A stretch of DNA of 64,000 nucleotides from an uncultured Candidatus Saccharibacteria bacterium (GTDB lineage: Bacteria > Patescibacteriota > Minisyncoccia > UBA9983), in assembly GCA_964372755.1 (NCBI GenBank), contig CAYJQX010000001.1:107382-171381 (forward strand), in the 5' to 3' direction. The position numbers and the translations under genes were made by a program. Each line of letters opens with the position of its first letter. Position 1 is the first letter of the stretch. Below, one piece after another: positions 1-10,066 of this stretch. The notes below the pieces were generated by a model. It did not search any database, was not told the origin of the DNA, and saw only the letters and a list, made by a program, of their open reading frames with translations.

Positions 1-25
1 ACCCTCTCCAAAGAGGGTATTTTAT

Positions 26-328
26 TTAAGAGTTATTTATTTCCAGCACGAAATTTATTTTATCGCCCGCTTTTATTTTTTCTTTTTCGCGCACCTCTGA
101 TTTAAGGGGCAGAAGATAGCTTTGAGATTTTTTATCTCTAAAAATAGAAGTTTCCCATGATGTTTTACCTATGGTGGCTTTAACAGGGATCGAACCCCAC
201 CCTCTTATTTTTTCGCCAGAATTTTCTTTTATCTTTCCGGATTCTTTTTTTGGCAAAGTACAAAAATGCCAGCCGGACTTACCGGGGTAGAGCCAGACAC
301 GAGCTTTCATTTTATATTTTCTTAGCAA
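26..328 (-). CDS. DUF1905-like small protein
   Basis: 100-aa ORF with GKSGWHFCTLPK segment resembling DUF1905 proteins; assignment from memory of family pattern. Confidence 0.45.
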   Translation of the reverse strand: MLRKYKMKARVWLYPGKSGWHFCTLPKKESGKIKENSGEKIRGWGSIPVKATIGKTSWETSIFRDKKSQSYLLPLKSEVREKEKIKAGDKINFVLEINNS

Positions 329-430
329 AGAAATAAGTGATTTTTGATAATTATTATGATATCATCAAGATGATATCTTTCTCATCTTCTAATTGGCGAT
401 AACATTATATCAAAATTCAGGAAGTTTTTT

Positions 431-1726
431 ATGGAAAATATTCGCATGAAGAAAAATAAAGGCAGGCTTGTCCGCAAAGTTTATAAAGCAACAAATTCTT
501 TTTTTAGAGGGGTGCGCCGATTGTCTGAAGGGAAAAACAAAAACGATAAAAGGACGGAAAAAAATCTAAGAATCGCTTTTATTCACAATCAAAAGCGCAT
601 GTTAACCGGCGCTCATCAGGTAAATCAAACATTATCTAGCGCTATTGCAAAACACGGGATAAAAGTGCGGAATTTTTATCCTCGGGCGCAACTTTTAGAC
701 ACCCCGCTACATTTAAAAGGCATTACTAGTATTTTATTTTTTCACTCTTTACTTGAAAAAAAAGAGGAAATATTAAAACACCACATAATTCAAGGGACGA
801 CTTATACCACTCTACCTTTTCTTTCTTTCAACATACCGACAATAAGCCACTTTGGTTCTACTACGGCTGGATTTCTTAGTAAAACGCCTAAAAATTCAGT
901 CCTGCCTCCAGAAGAAAAAGAGGTTTGGCGAAGATTGCACCATCTTGGTATTGTTCCAAGTCTTACTCTGGAAACTTTCCGTCCTTTAGTGGATATTGCT
1001 GAAATAGAGAAACTGGTGGCTAACCGCGTGACTAAGTGTGTAGCCACTTCTGTAAAAGTAAAAGAAGAACTCCTTGCTGTTGGCGTTTCTTCGGAAAAAA
1101 TCAAAGTTATACATAATGCCTTGGAAGACTACTGGTTTGAACAGGAAAAACCTCACGTTGTTCAAACTCCTCACATTGTTTTTCTTGGAAGACTAGGCGG
1201 AGATGTTTTCACCCTTAAGCTCAAAGGATTGTCTAGACTAATTCGTCTTTACGAAGCTTTTCCAAATATTCCAAAAACAACAGTTTGTATGACAAATAAT
1301 AAGAAATTGAAAGAATGGTTGAAAGTTTCTTTTCCCTGTCATTATATGTATGTAAATCTAAAGAAAGATTTAATTCCTCGGGTTTTGTCCAAACTTTTCG
1401 GGAGTGTTATTTTCATACCTTCCCGATACGAAGGTTTTTCCTTGAGTCTTGTTGAGGGGATGTCTCAAGGGCTAGTGCCTATTTCTTATGATGTGGGAGT
1501 CGCGCCTGAAATCATAAAGAACGGTCATAATGGTTTTCTTGTTTCTTCTCATGAGGAAGCTTGCGATAAATTAAATTTTCTTCTTTCGGACGATAAAAGA
1601 AGGATTGCTATGGCCGAAGCCGCGCAGAAGAGCGCCTTAATTTTCCGCAGTGAGGAAATAGCGTCCAGTTTTATTGATTTATACAAGGAAACAAGAAGGG
1701 AATGGAAACAGTCTGGAAAAACATGA
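431..1726 (+). CDS. glycosyltransferase family 4 (GT-B fold)
   Basis: C-terminal FIPSRYEGFSLSLVEGMSQGLVPISYDVG...NGHNGFLV matches the conserved GT4 EX7E region. Confidence 0.8.
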   Translation: MENIRMKKNKGRLVRKVYKATNSFFRGVRRLSEGKNKNDKRTEKNLRIAFIHNQKRMLTGAHQVNQTLSSAIAKHGIKVRNFYPRAQLLDTPLHLKGITSILFFHSLLEKKEEILKHHIIQGTTYTTLPFLSFNIPTISHFGSTTAGFLSKTPKNSVLPPEEKEVWRRLHHLGIVPSLTLETFRPLVDIAEIEKLVANRVTKCVATSVKVKEELLAVGVSSEKIKVIHNALEDYWFEQEKPHVVQTPHIVFLGRLGGDVFTLKLKGLSRLIRLYEAFPNIPKTTVCMTNNKKLKEWLKVSFPCHYMYVNLKKDLIPRVLSKLFGSVIFIPSRYEGFSLSLVEGMSQGLVPISYDVGVAPEIIKNGHNGFLVSSHEEACDKLNFLLSDDKRRIAMAEAAQKSALIFRSEEIASSFIDLYKETRREWKQSGKT

Positions 1727-1868
1727 TATAATTACCGGCATGGCTAAAAGACCAAACCAAGGCATTAAAAACAAAAAATCTCGTTCCAGAAAAACGAAAA
1801 AACGTTTAGCAATCAAGAAAGAGATGCTCAAAAACCGCAAGAAGAAATAGTTCTCGAATTTCTTGCTG

Positions 1869-2840
1869 TTATTTCACGCGATTTAAATAGACGCTCCTGG
1901 AAATTTCTTGTATAAATTCTGACAAATGGACGGGATTTTCTCCTTTGGTCATGACGCACAAAAAATATGGTTTTTTCTCGTCATAGATTATCCCGCAATC
2001 ATGAAGCTCTTCTGTCACTCCTTTTTCTATGGGAGCGTCAAAACGCCTATGGCCGAATTTGTGAGCAATTATAATGTCCTTGTCTGACATGCCTCCGCGA
2101 AGACCTTGCTTGAATTCAGTCTTGGAAAGAACTTGAAGGGCGTATTGGGACATATCCCTATTTAGGTAAGTGGCACTATAGAGAATACGAAAGAATCTGG
2201 AAAAATCTTTGGCCGACATGGAGTCTCCAATCTCATCCGCTCTTGGCGGGGTGAGGCCTAGATCCGTGAAAACATTCCATACAGCGTCCAAAGGCACTAC
2301 CGTATGCAGAAGATTCTTCGCGTCATTATCGGAGAAAATAATTAACCTATCAATCAATTCCCTCACTTTGTATTTTTTCTGCGGTTCTAGGGGTTCGTGA
2401 TCCGGTTTTTCTTTTTCAATACTCCGATTAAAAAATATTTCTTTCTCCAGTAAGTTCGGCTCGTCCTCCGCTTTTTTTAAGATAGCAATCATTAAGACCA
2501 CTTTATAGAGGCTTGCCGGAGCATATTTCTCATTTTCATCAATACCGGTCCAATGACCCGAATTTACATCTCTGTAGTAAACACTAGCAGAAATAATTTT
2601 AGAGGTTCTTTTAAATAAATTCACAACTGATTGTATTTTTCCAAGGAGAGGTTCATACTCACTGAAATCTTTTTTGTCGCCCACTTCAACACCAATCAAA
2701 GGATTAATCAAAGGTCTCGACTCGTCGGCGTTTCTTATCGGGTAGGCATTACTGGTGGAGCTTAGTGAAAAATTTTTGCTCAAAATCCAACCCAAAAAAA
2801 ACGATAATGCGATTGCGATAAAAATCCAGACGTGTCTCAT
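1869..2840 (-). CDS. class A beta-lactamase-like serine hydrolase (signal-anchored)
   Basis: N-terminal TM; SLYK (SxxK-like) and SDN motifs; LLGKI...HWTGIDENEKYAPASLYK. Confidence 0.55.
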   Translation of the reverse strand: MRHVWIFIAIALSFFLGWILSKNFSLSSTSNAYPIRNADESRPLINPLIGVEVGDKKDFSEYEPLLGKIQSVVNLFKRTSKIISASVYYRDVNSGHWTGIDENEKYAPASLYKVVLMIAILKKAEDEPNLLEKEIFFNRSIEKEKPDHEPLEPQKKYKVRELIDRLIIFSDNDAKNLLHTVVPLDAVWNVFTDLGLTPPRADEIGDSMSAKDFSRFFRILYSATYLNRDMSQYALQVLSKTEFKQGLRGGMSDKDIIIAHKFGHRRFDAPIEKGVTEELHDCGIIYDEKKPYFLCVMTKGENPVHLSEFIQEISRSVYLNRVK

Positions 2841-2856
2841 TTTGTTTTACTACTAA

Positions 2857-3363
2857 TTAAAAATTTCCATTATCTTCTTTCTTTGATTGCCAAAATTTTC
2901 CCCACTCAAGAAGAAAATCCGAACTGCTCCAATCTTTTCTGAACCCTACTCCAGAAATTATTTCAATATTATTTTTTCTGCATATTTCCCACTCGGGAAT
3001 AGTTTGCGCATCTATCCTGTCGCCTCCTTTGGTAAAAATATGAGGCTTTATTTTTTCCAATGCCACGCAAACAGTCTGGTCGTTCTTTATCTCAAAAGGG
3101 ATCACGTAATCCACGCCTTTGACAAAAGAAATAATCTGACATCTGGTTTTTAAATCCATAAAAGATTTACCTTTCTTTTTTATTAAAAAATTATCCCCAT
3201 TTACTATGACAACGAGAGTTTGGCCATATTTTTTTGATTCTTGAATACAGGACATGTGTCCGGGATGAATAGGATCAAAACCGCCGGAGGTGCAAACTAT
3301 CTTGCCGAGGGTGCTTCTTAAATTCTCAAACTCTTCAAAGGAGACAATTTTGGCTGGTTCCAT
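2857..3363 (-). CDS. cytidylyltransferase-like nucleotidyltransferase (RfaE domain II-like heptose-1-P adenylyltransferase)
   Basis: TSGGFDPIHPGH (HxGH nucleotidyltransferase motif), 168 aa. Confidence 0.65.
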   Translation of the reverse strand: MEPAKIVSFEEFENLRSTLGKIVCTSGGFDPIHPGHMSCIQESKKYGQTLVVIVNGDNFLIKKKGKSFMDLKTRCQIISFVKGVDYVIPFEIKNDQTVCVALEKIKPHIFTKGGDRIDAQTIPEWEICRKNNIEIISGVGFRKDWSSSDFLLEWGKFWQSKKEDNGNF

Positions 3364-3513
3364 AGCTGGTTTTTTCTAGAACACTCTTATTCTAATATTA
3401 TTAACATTTAATCTTTCTAACCACAAGGAACTTTAGCTTGCTGGCTTTCTAGAGCAGAAGGTGTTATAATTGAGGACAGGTTTATAAGGATTACTAATTA
3501 AAAGAAAAAACAC

Positions 3514-3699
3514 ATGCAAGAAATGAAAGCTTTGTGCATGAAATGCAGAGATGGCAATAACAAGCCAACGATGCAGGTCATGAAAGATATGAAGGTGGAA
3601 GAGAAAAACAACCGCTTTTCCGCCAAGGGCAAATGCTCTACTTGCGGGGGGAATATGTTCAAATTCCTCTCCAGAGACGATGCGGAGAGGATGAAATAG
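3514..3699 (+). CDS. DUF5679-like zinc-ribbon small protein
   Basis: C.KC...NGR.A.KG.C..CGG.MFKF pattern; followed by strong terminator. Confidence 0.5.
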   Translation: MQEMKALCMKCRDGNNKPTMQVMKDMKVEEKNNRFSAKGKCSTCGGNMFKFLSRDDAERMK

Positions 3700-3714
3700 G
3701 ATGTCCCTAACATA

Positions 3715-3748
3715 AAAAGCTCTTTTGCTAACAAGCAAAAGAGCTTTT
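3715..3748. terminator. bidirectional rho-independent terminator (15-bp perfect stem AAAAGCTCTTTTGCT/loop AACA)
   Basis: perfect inverted repeat flanked by A-run and T-run. Confidence 0.7.
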
Positions 3749-3768
3749 TATGTTAGAATTATTAAGAA

Positions 3769-4398
3769 ATGAAAAGGGAGCTAAAAAATAAAAGACAAGT
3801 GGTGCTTATTCACGGGGGCACAACTTTTAGTTCCTATGAAAGCTACATCAAATATTTAACGGGTGGGGAAGTTACAGCCGAGAATTTTAAAAAAAGAAAA
3901 AGTTGGAAAGATCATTTTGAGGAAGATTTGGGAGAAAATTTTGAAGTTTTCCAGCCTAGAATGCCCAATGGCACGTATGCTCATTACGGTGAATGGAAAA
4001 TCTGGTTTGAAAAACTTTTTCTGTTTCTCCAAAACGAGCCCATTTTTATAGGCCACTCTTTGGGTGGGATTTTCCTTGCGAGATATTTTAGTGAAAACTT
4101 ATTTCCAAAAAAAATAAAAGCCGTGATTTTAATCGCCCCGCCGTTTGACGATGTAAGCAACGAGGAGGAGTTGAGCGATTTTTCTCTGCCGATGAATATA
4201 GAAAAATTTGGCGAGCAGGTAAAAGATGTTTATCTTATCCAAAGCAAGGACGATCCGGTGGTGCCGTTTGGAGAAATGGAAAAATACAAAAAGTTTTTGC
4301 CGGAGGCCAAAGAAATTGTTTTTGAGGACAGAGGGCATTTTAATTTAGAGTTTTTTCCCGAATTGATAGAGCTAATCAAGAAGATAAGCAAAGATTAA
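3769..4398 (+). CDS. alpha/beta hydrolase (YdeN/RBBP9-like serine hydrolase)
   Basis: VVLIHGG...GHSLGG nucleophile elbow, ~209 aa. Confidence 0.7.
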   Translation: MKRELKNKRQVVLIHGGTTFSSYESYIKYLTGGEVTAENFKKRKSWKDHFEEDLGENFEVFQPRMPNGTYAHYGEWKIWFEKLFLFLQNEPIFIGHSLGGIFLARYFSENLFPKKIKAVILIAPPFDDVSNEEELSDFSLPMNIEKFGEQVKDVYLIQSKDDPVVPFGEMEKYKKFLPEAKEIVFEDRGHFNLEFFPELIELIKKISKD

Positions 4399-4402
4399 AC
4401 TC

Positions 4403-4648
4403 GTGTTTATGTATTATGTTTATCTTTTGGAGTGTGCCGATAAAACATTTTATGTGGGCAGTACAAAGGATTTAAGCAAACGCATTATCGCCCACAACAC
4501 AAAAAAATCTGGAGCTCATTACACAAAAATTCGCCGGCCGGTGGTTCTCAAGTATAAAGAGAAGGTCTCCACTTACTCGGAAGCGCGAAAGCGTGAGGCG
4601 GAAATAAAATCTCTTTCTAGAGAAGAGAAAAGAAGATTGTTTAAGTGA
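4403..4648 (+). CDS. GIY-YIG nuclease domain protein
   Basis: YYVYLLEC...FYVGST...R..HN pattern typical of stand-alone GIY-YIG. Confidence 0.8.
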   Translation: MFMYYVYLLECADKTFYVGSTKDLSKRIIAHNTKKSGAHYTKIRRPVVLKYKEKVSTYSEARKREAEIKSLSREEKRRLFK

Positions 4649-5354
4649 TTTGCAATTCGGTTAAAAATTTTTTAAGCTCGTCTCCTTTAATCTGGCGGTA
4701 TGCTCCGGACTTTAGGAGTCCAAGCTCAATATTCATTATCCTTACTCGTTTAAGATCCATTACTTCGTTATGGAGCGCGGAAACCATACGCCTGATTTGG
4801 TGTTTTTTCCCTTCTGTCAGACAGACGGAAAATTTGTTTTTTCCTAAAATGGCCACTTTGCAAGGTTTTGTTTTATAACCTTCTATAAAGACACCGGTCT
4901 CCATTTTTTCCTTGAAGTTGTTTCTGATTTTTAATTTGGTCTCTACCTCGTATTCTTTTTCATGAGAGTTTTCCGGACTCAAGAGCTCTTCAGTGATCCG
5001 TCCATCGTTTGTGAGAATTATGAGTCCATGAGATTTTTTGTCCAACCGTCCCAAGGGGAAAGTGCCAGCTAGAGCCTCTATATTTTTTGTTTTACTCCCA
5101 ATGTCCCGTTCGCCATTTTTTGCCGAGTGGGATAATATTCCGACGGGTTTGCAATAAGCAAAATAAAGATAATTTTTCTTGTCGGGATTTTTTACTTCCA
5201 CCCGGTCTGTTTCTTTGACCATATCACTGGGTGTGGCCAATTTCCCGTTGAGAAAAACTTTGCCTTTGCGGATCAGCTCATCTCCCCCACGACGAGTGGA
5301 ATATTTTTTAAAAGCGAGATACCTGTTTATTCGCATCGGAAAATCCTTTTTCAT
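4641..5354 (-). CDS. pseudouridine synthase, RsuA/RluB family (S4 domain + catalytic domain)
   Basis: MRINRYLA...GKVFLNG (S4), [17 protein letters not shown] catalytic Asp motif; start may be the internal Met at 5336. Confidence 0.8.
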   Translation of the reverse strand: MKKDFPMRINRYLAFKKYSTRRGGDELIRKGKVFLNGKLATPSDMVKETDRVEVKNPDKKNYLYFAYCKPVGILSHSAKNGERDIGSKTKNIEALAGTFPLGRLDKKSHGLIILTNDGRITEELLSPENSHEKEYEVETKLKIRNNFKEKMETGVFIEGYKTKPCKVAILGKNKFSVCLTEGKKHQIRRMVSALHNEVMDLKRVRIMNIELGLLKSGAYRQIKGDELKKFLTELQIT

Positions 5355-5776
5355 AAGCTATTGCAGTATAGCAAAAAGGGAATGCGTGAACATTTTTTAA
5401 AGATAAATGTTTCAAGGAGAAAAAATAAAACCTATCAAAAAATGATAGGTGGGCGGGGGCGGGAATTTCGGAGAAAAGAACGGGGTGGAAAATGAAATAA
5501 AAGAGAGGTAAGAAATGGAGATGTAGTAGTTTGTGGTTCACGTGCTTTAAAGGCATTGGTAAACTAAAAACTACATCTTCAAGTCATAGAGCTTCCTTTT
5601 ATTTCTAAATTCCTTCTGTTTTTTGAAACACAAGACGGGCAGACAAGGTAACAGGGATTTCTAATAAGTGGTGGATTGACTTTTCTCCTCTATTATATAC
5701 ATTGAGGGCGGTCTTGTTCTGACAGATTTTTTATATAGACATTCAAAAACTTTAAGTAGAAAGAGGGAGGCGAATA

Positions 5777-6088
5777 GTGTTGAGATACATGGTAGAAATT
5801 TGCGGATTTCCGGAAAGGCCGGATACGACGAACATTCTCCACTCGTTGGAGAACCAAATTCGCGGTATCAACGGTCTAGAAGAGACCGTTGTTCACTTTT
5901 ATCATCAACCTCTCCATGAAGGGAACTACACCAAATACAGAATAGTCCTGAAGTTCTACGGATTTCTGCATTTGGAAAAAAGGATAAATATGGTCCAAGC
6001 CCTAGTCTGGGAGAAGTTTCGTTCTCTTCCTGACTTGCCCTCTCCTTTGTCCATTTCCTCCATGATGATGGAGGGGGTATTTATCTAA
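5777..6088 (+). CDS. hypothetical protein
   Basis: 103-aa ORF followed by a terminator; no recognisable motif. Confidence 0.4.
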   Translation: MLRYMVEICGFPERPDTTNILHSLENQIRGINGLEETVVHFYHQPLHEGNYTKYRIVLKFYGFLHLEKRINMVQALVWEKFRSLPDLPSPLSISSMMMEGVFI

Positions 6089-6115
6089 AAACAGAAAGCT
6101 GTCCAGATATAACTG

Positions 6116-6155
6116 ACTGGGAGTTCGTGAAAGCGACTCCCAGTATTTTTTTTTG
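6116..6155 (+). terminator. rho-independent terminator
   Basis: ACTGGGAGT...ACTCCCAGT stem followed by T9. Confidence 0.7.
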
Positions 6156-6476
6156 GTAAAAAAATACTGGGAGATTCCTGTCTAATCAGAAAATACTTTA
6201 TTATTTTGTAAGAATCCCATAATCAAACAAAAATCTCTCATAGGGGGATTTTTAGCTGGTTTGTATACAAGATTTGACAAAAAAGATGGTCTGGTATATA
6301 ATAAGAGGGTACTTTGAATCTCAGCTAAGGTTTTTATTTCGAGGGTTTAACCCCTCTTTGGTGTTTGCAAACTTCTAGAGCCTCTCTAGGCTCGCATAAA
6401 AACCTCAAGTATAAGGCTCTTCTTAATTATAAAAAAGACATCAAGGGCTTGGAGAAAGAAAGGTTTTTAATAAAAT

Positions 6477-7715
6477 ATGTATACGAAAAAAGTAGAGAGT
6501 CGCGGTTTTGGCAAGCCATATAGAAAGCTGGCAGGAAGCCAGCCTTCTAGTTTTAGAAGAAGAGGATTAGGTAATTATAGACGCCAGCCAATAAAAAGAA
6601 CGCGAGGCGCGCAGTATATTGATCCGTCTAAATTTATAAACAAGGCGGTGATTACCGAAAGCGTGGAGCATTTTATTCCTGAACACCAATTTCAGGATTT
6701 TCGCATTGTTGAAAATTTAAAGAAAAAAATTGCTTCCAAGGGTTATATAACACCGACACCGATTCAAGACAGGGCTATCCCTCATATCTTGAAAGGGGCA
6801 GATTTGGTGGGTATTGCCAATACCGGTACAGGTAAAACAGGCGCTTTCCTTGTACCGCTTATAAATGCAGTTGTTTTGGACTCCAAGAAGCAAGTTCTTA
6901 TCATGGCTCCAACCAGAGAGCTGGCTATCCAGATTCAAGACGAGTTAAAAAGTTTTACCACGGGAATGAAGATTTTTTCGGTTTGTTGCGTCGGTGGAGC
7001 AAGTATCGGCAAACAAATTTCCGAATTGAGATACTTCAATAACTTTATTATCGGCACCCCGGGACGCCTAAAAGACTTGATAGAAAAAGGAAAAATAAAC
7101 CTTTCCCGATTCGGAATTTTGGTTTTGGATGAAGCTGACAGGATGCTGGATATGGGTTTTTTGCCTGATATGAGGCAAATTATTGCTTTGATGCCAAAAG
7201 AAAGACAGACACTATTTTTCTCGGCCACTATTTCTTTCGAAGTGGAAAAATTAATCAAAGATTTTCTTCGGGAACCTGTAAGGATTTCCGTTAAGACGGG
7301 AGATACTTCTAAAAATGTCCACCAGGATGTTGTGAGAATTCAAAAAGGAAAAGACAAGATCGATGTCTTGCACGAGCTTTTAAACCAAAAAGAGTTCAGC
7401 AAAGTATTGGTTTTTGGGCGGACTAAGCACGGAGTGGAAAAACTATCCGATATCCTTGTCAGAAGAGGCTTTAAGGCAGAGTCTATTCACGGCAACAAAA
7501 ATCAATACAAACGGCAAAAAGCTCTGGGACTTTTTAAAGACAACAGGGTGCAAGTATTGGTCGCAACTGACGTGGCAGCAAGGGGATTGGACATCAATGA
7601 CGTGAGCCATGTCATCAATTATGATTTACCGGCTACTTATGACGATTATGTGCATCGCATTGGGCGCACAGGCAGAGGCTCAAAATACGGCAAGGCGCTG
7701 ACTTTTATTGAATAA
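6477..7715 (+). CDS. DEAD-box ATP-dependent RNA helicase
   Basis: GTGKTGAF (motif I), DEAD, SAT, HRIGRTGR motifs; basic N-terminal extension. Confidence 0.9.
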   Translation: MYTKKVESRGFGKPYRKLAGSQPSSFRRRGLGNYRRQPIKRTRGAQYIDPSKFINKAVITESVEHFIPEHQFQDFRIVENLKKKIASKGYITPTPIQDRAIPHILKGADLVGIANTGTGKTGAFLVPLINAVVLDSKKQVLIMAPTRELAIQIQDELKSFTTGMKIFSVCCVGGASIGKQISELRYFNNFIIGTPGRLKDLIEKGKINLSRFGILVLDEADRMLDMGFLPDMRQIIALMPKERQTLFFSATISFEVEKLIKDFLREPVRISVKTGDTSKNVHQDVVRIQKGKDKIDVLHELLNQKEFSKVLVFGRTKHGVEKLSDILVRRGFKAESIHGNKNQYKRQKALGLFKDNRVQVLVATDVAARGLDINDVSHVINYDLPATYDDYVHRIGRTGRGSKYGKALTFIE

Positions 7716-7998
7716 ATTTTTCTTTCTTATGACCATGAAGCCAAACATTAAAATAAATTCCACCAGAACTTTCCAAAAAAACGGCAAATGGATAGAGAAG
7801 CCGTCAAAAACGGAGGTGGTTGTTTGTGCTTGCGGGGAGAAATATATTAAGACAAGGAGGGGGCAAACAAGCTGTCTTAAATGCATGAGAGACATTAATC
7901 TCAGAGGAAAATAAAATATATACAAATAAAAATCTGCTAGAGAAATTTTATCTAGGGGATTTTTGTGTATGCTAAAATGATAGTCTAGAGAAAAACTT

Positions 7999-9255
7999 AT
8001 GAATATTCTTGTTGTTGGGTCGGGAGGAAGAGAACATGCTTTGGTTTGGAAATTAAAACAATCTCCAAAAATCAAAAATATTTTTGTGGCACCCGGAAAT
8101 GCCGGCACTTCTTTGATTGCCACAAACTTGGATTTTTATAAGACGAAAGATATTTTAGAATGGGTTAAAAATAACAAAGTTGAGCTGGTGGTTGTTGGTC
8201 CTGATAATTATTTAGCAGAGGGCTTGGTTGATAAATTGCAAAAAATGGGAATTTCCGCGTTTGGTCCAACCAAAAAAGCCTCAGAGATTGAGTGGTCAAA
8301 ATCTTTTGCTAAAAATTTTATGAGAGAGGAAGGCATCCCTACCGCAAAGTTTGAAACTTTCAAGAGTTTTAAAAAAGCCAGAAAATATCTAGAGACCCAG
8401 AAATTTCCACTTGTTATTAAAGCGAACGGTTTAGCTTTCGGAAAAGGGGTTGTGATTGCTCTAAACTTGACGGAGGCAGAAAAATCTCTAAAACAGATAA
8501 TGAGAGATAAAATTTACGGAAAAGCTGGTCATGAGGTTCTTATAGAAGAATATTTGACAGGTAAAGAAATTTCTATTCACGCTTTTTGCGATGGGAAGAC
8601 AGCGATAATGTTTCCCGTTTCGGAAGATCATAAGAGGATTTTTGATGACGACTTGGGACCAAATACCGGGGGAATGGGTACTATTGCGCCAGTGCCGTGG
8701 GTTACTAAGCGACATTTAAAAGAAATAGAGGAAAAAATTATTACTCCAACTTTACAAGGGCTTAAAAGAAAAGGACGAATTTTTAAAGGAATTTTGTTTC
8801 CTGGAATTATGCTTACAAATTATGGTCCAAAAGTGATAGAATTCAACGCGCGTTTTGGCGACCCAGAAATTCAGTCTTATGTGCATCTTCTTGAAACGGA
8901 TCTGCTTGATATTCTGTTGGCTTGTGTCAAAGGCGACATTAAAAATTTGAAAATAAAATGGTCTAAATCTTTTGCTTGTTGCGTTGTTACTGCTTCAAAG
9001 GGTTATCCCATAAAATATGACAAAAACAAAGTCGTTAAAGGTTTGGAAAAAATTACAGATAAAAATATAGAAATTTTTCACTCAGGTACAAAGAAGGTAA
9101 ATAATAAAATACTGACAAACGGAGGGCGAGTCTTAGGTTTTACCGCTGTGGGCAGAGATCTTTCGCAAGCCGTATCTCGCGCATATAGAGCGGTTGATCA
9201 AGTGTCCTATGAGGGCAAGTATTTCAGAAAAGACATTGGTAAAAAGTCTTTATAA
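7999..9255 (+). CDS. purD: phosphoribosylamine--glycine ligase
   Basis: MNILVVGSGGREHALVWKL N-terminus and ATP-grasp region. Confidence 0.95.
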   Translation: MNILVVGSGGREHALVWKLKQSPKIKNIFVAPGNAGTSLIATNLDFYKTKDILEWVKNNKVELVVVGPDNYLAEGLVDKLQKMGISAFGPTKKASEIEWSKSFAKNFMREEGIPTAKFETFKSFKKARKYLETQKFPLVIKANGLAFGKGVVIALNLTEAEKSLKQIMRDKIYGKAGHEVLIEEYLTGKEISIHAFCDGKTAIMFPVSEDHKRIFDDDLGPNTGGMGTIAPVPWVTKRHLKEIEEKIITPTLQGLKRKGRIFKGILFPGIMLTNYGPKVIEFNARFGDPEIQSYVHLLETDLLDILLACVKGDIKNLKIKWSKSFACCVVTASKGYPIKYDKNKVVKGLEKITDKNIEIFHSGTKKVNNKILTNGGRVLGFTAVGRDLSQAVSRAYRAVDQVSYEGKYFRKDIGKKSL

Positions 9256-9271
9256 ATTATAAAATAAAATT

Positions 9272-9727
9272 ATGGACCATTGTATTTTTTGTGAAATAGT
9301 AAAGGGCGCGTTGCCATGTCACAAAGTTTGGGAGGATGATAAGCATTTGGCTTTTCTTTCTATTTTCCCAAACACGGAAGGCGTAACAGTGGTGGTGCCA
9401 AAAAATCACTATCCAAGCTATGCTTTTGATTTGGCCGACGAGGTTCTCGCAGAGCTTGTCTTGGCTACTAAAAAAGTGGCAAAAGTTTTGGATGCAAAAT
9501 TAGACGATGTCGGCCGAACAGCCATGGTGTTTGAAGGTTTCGGGGTAGACCACGTCCATGCCAAACTTTTTCCGATGCATGGGACAGAAAATATGAAAAA
9601 ATGGCGTCCAATAGAATCTGACAGAAATAAATATTTTGAAAAATACGAGGGTTATATTTCTTCTCATGATTACGAGCGAGCCGACGATGAGAAACTTGCT
9701 AGATTGGCGAAGAAACTGAGGGAATAA
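9272..9727 (+). CDS. HIT family hydrolase
   Basis: CIFCEI..., histidine triad VDHVHAKLFP. Confidence 0.85.
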   Translation: MDHCIFCEIVKGALPCHKVWEDDKHLAFLSIFPNTEGVTVVVPKNHYPSYAFDLADEVLAELVLATKKVAKVLDAKLDDVGRTAMVFEGFGVDHVHAKLFPMHGTENMKKWRPIESDRNKYFEKYEGYISSHDYERADDEKLARLAKKLRE

Positions 9728-9878
9728 TATTTTTTAGATGTCGAGCGATCTTGAGCCAAAAATCATGGTGTATGAATTATGAATCATGGCAGGAAAATCA
9801 TAATTCAAAATTCTTGATTCAAGTTTGTTAATACTTGCTAAAGAGATAAAAAAGCAGTATTATGTAGAAGTTAAATAA

Positions 9879-9904
9879 AGGCCATTTACGGCCTGTTTTT
9901 ATTC
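9879..9904 (+). terminator. short GC stem terminator
   Basis: AGGCC-ATTTAC-GGCCT then GTTTTTATT. Confidence 0.45.
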
Positions 9905-10066
9905 AAGGGATTAACATTTCTAAAATAATCTTCAGAACTTCCAGATTTGAGCGCAGTTTTAGGCGCGAGCGAGGCCTGTGACCAAGCCGTACTGGTGTAC
10001 CGCGTGGGAACAGAACGAGCGAAGCAACGACAAAATGTGCCAAAGATGGGAGTTCTGCCCCACCAT

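Noticed and set aside
9947-10066. N-terminal 40-codon extension of typA in the ORF track
   Set aside because: TypA family proteins start at the [19 protein letters not shown]1 region; the extension is GC-rich non-coding-like sequence, so the start is set at 10067.
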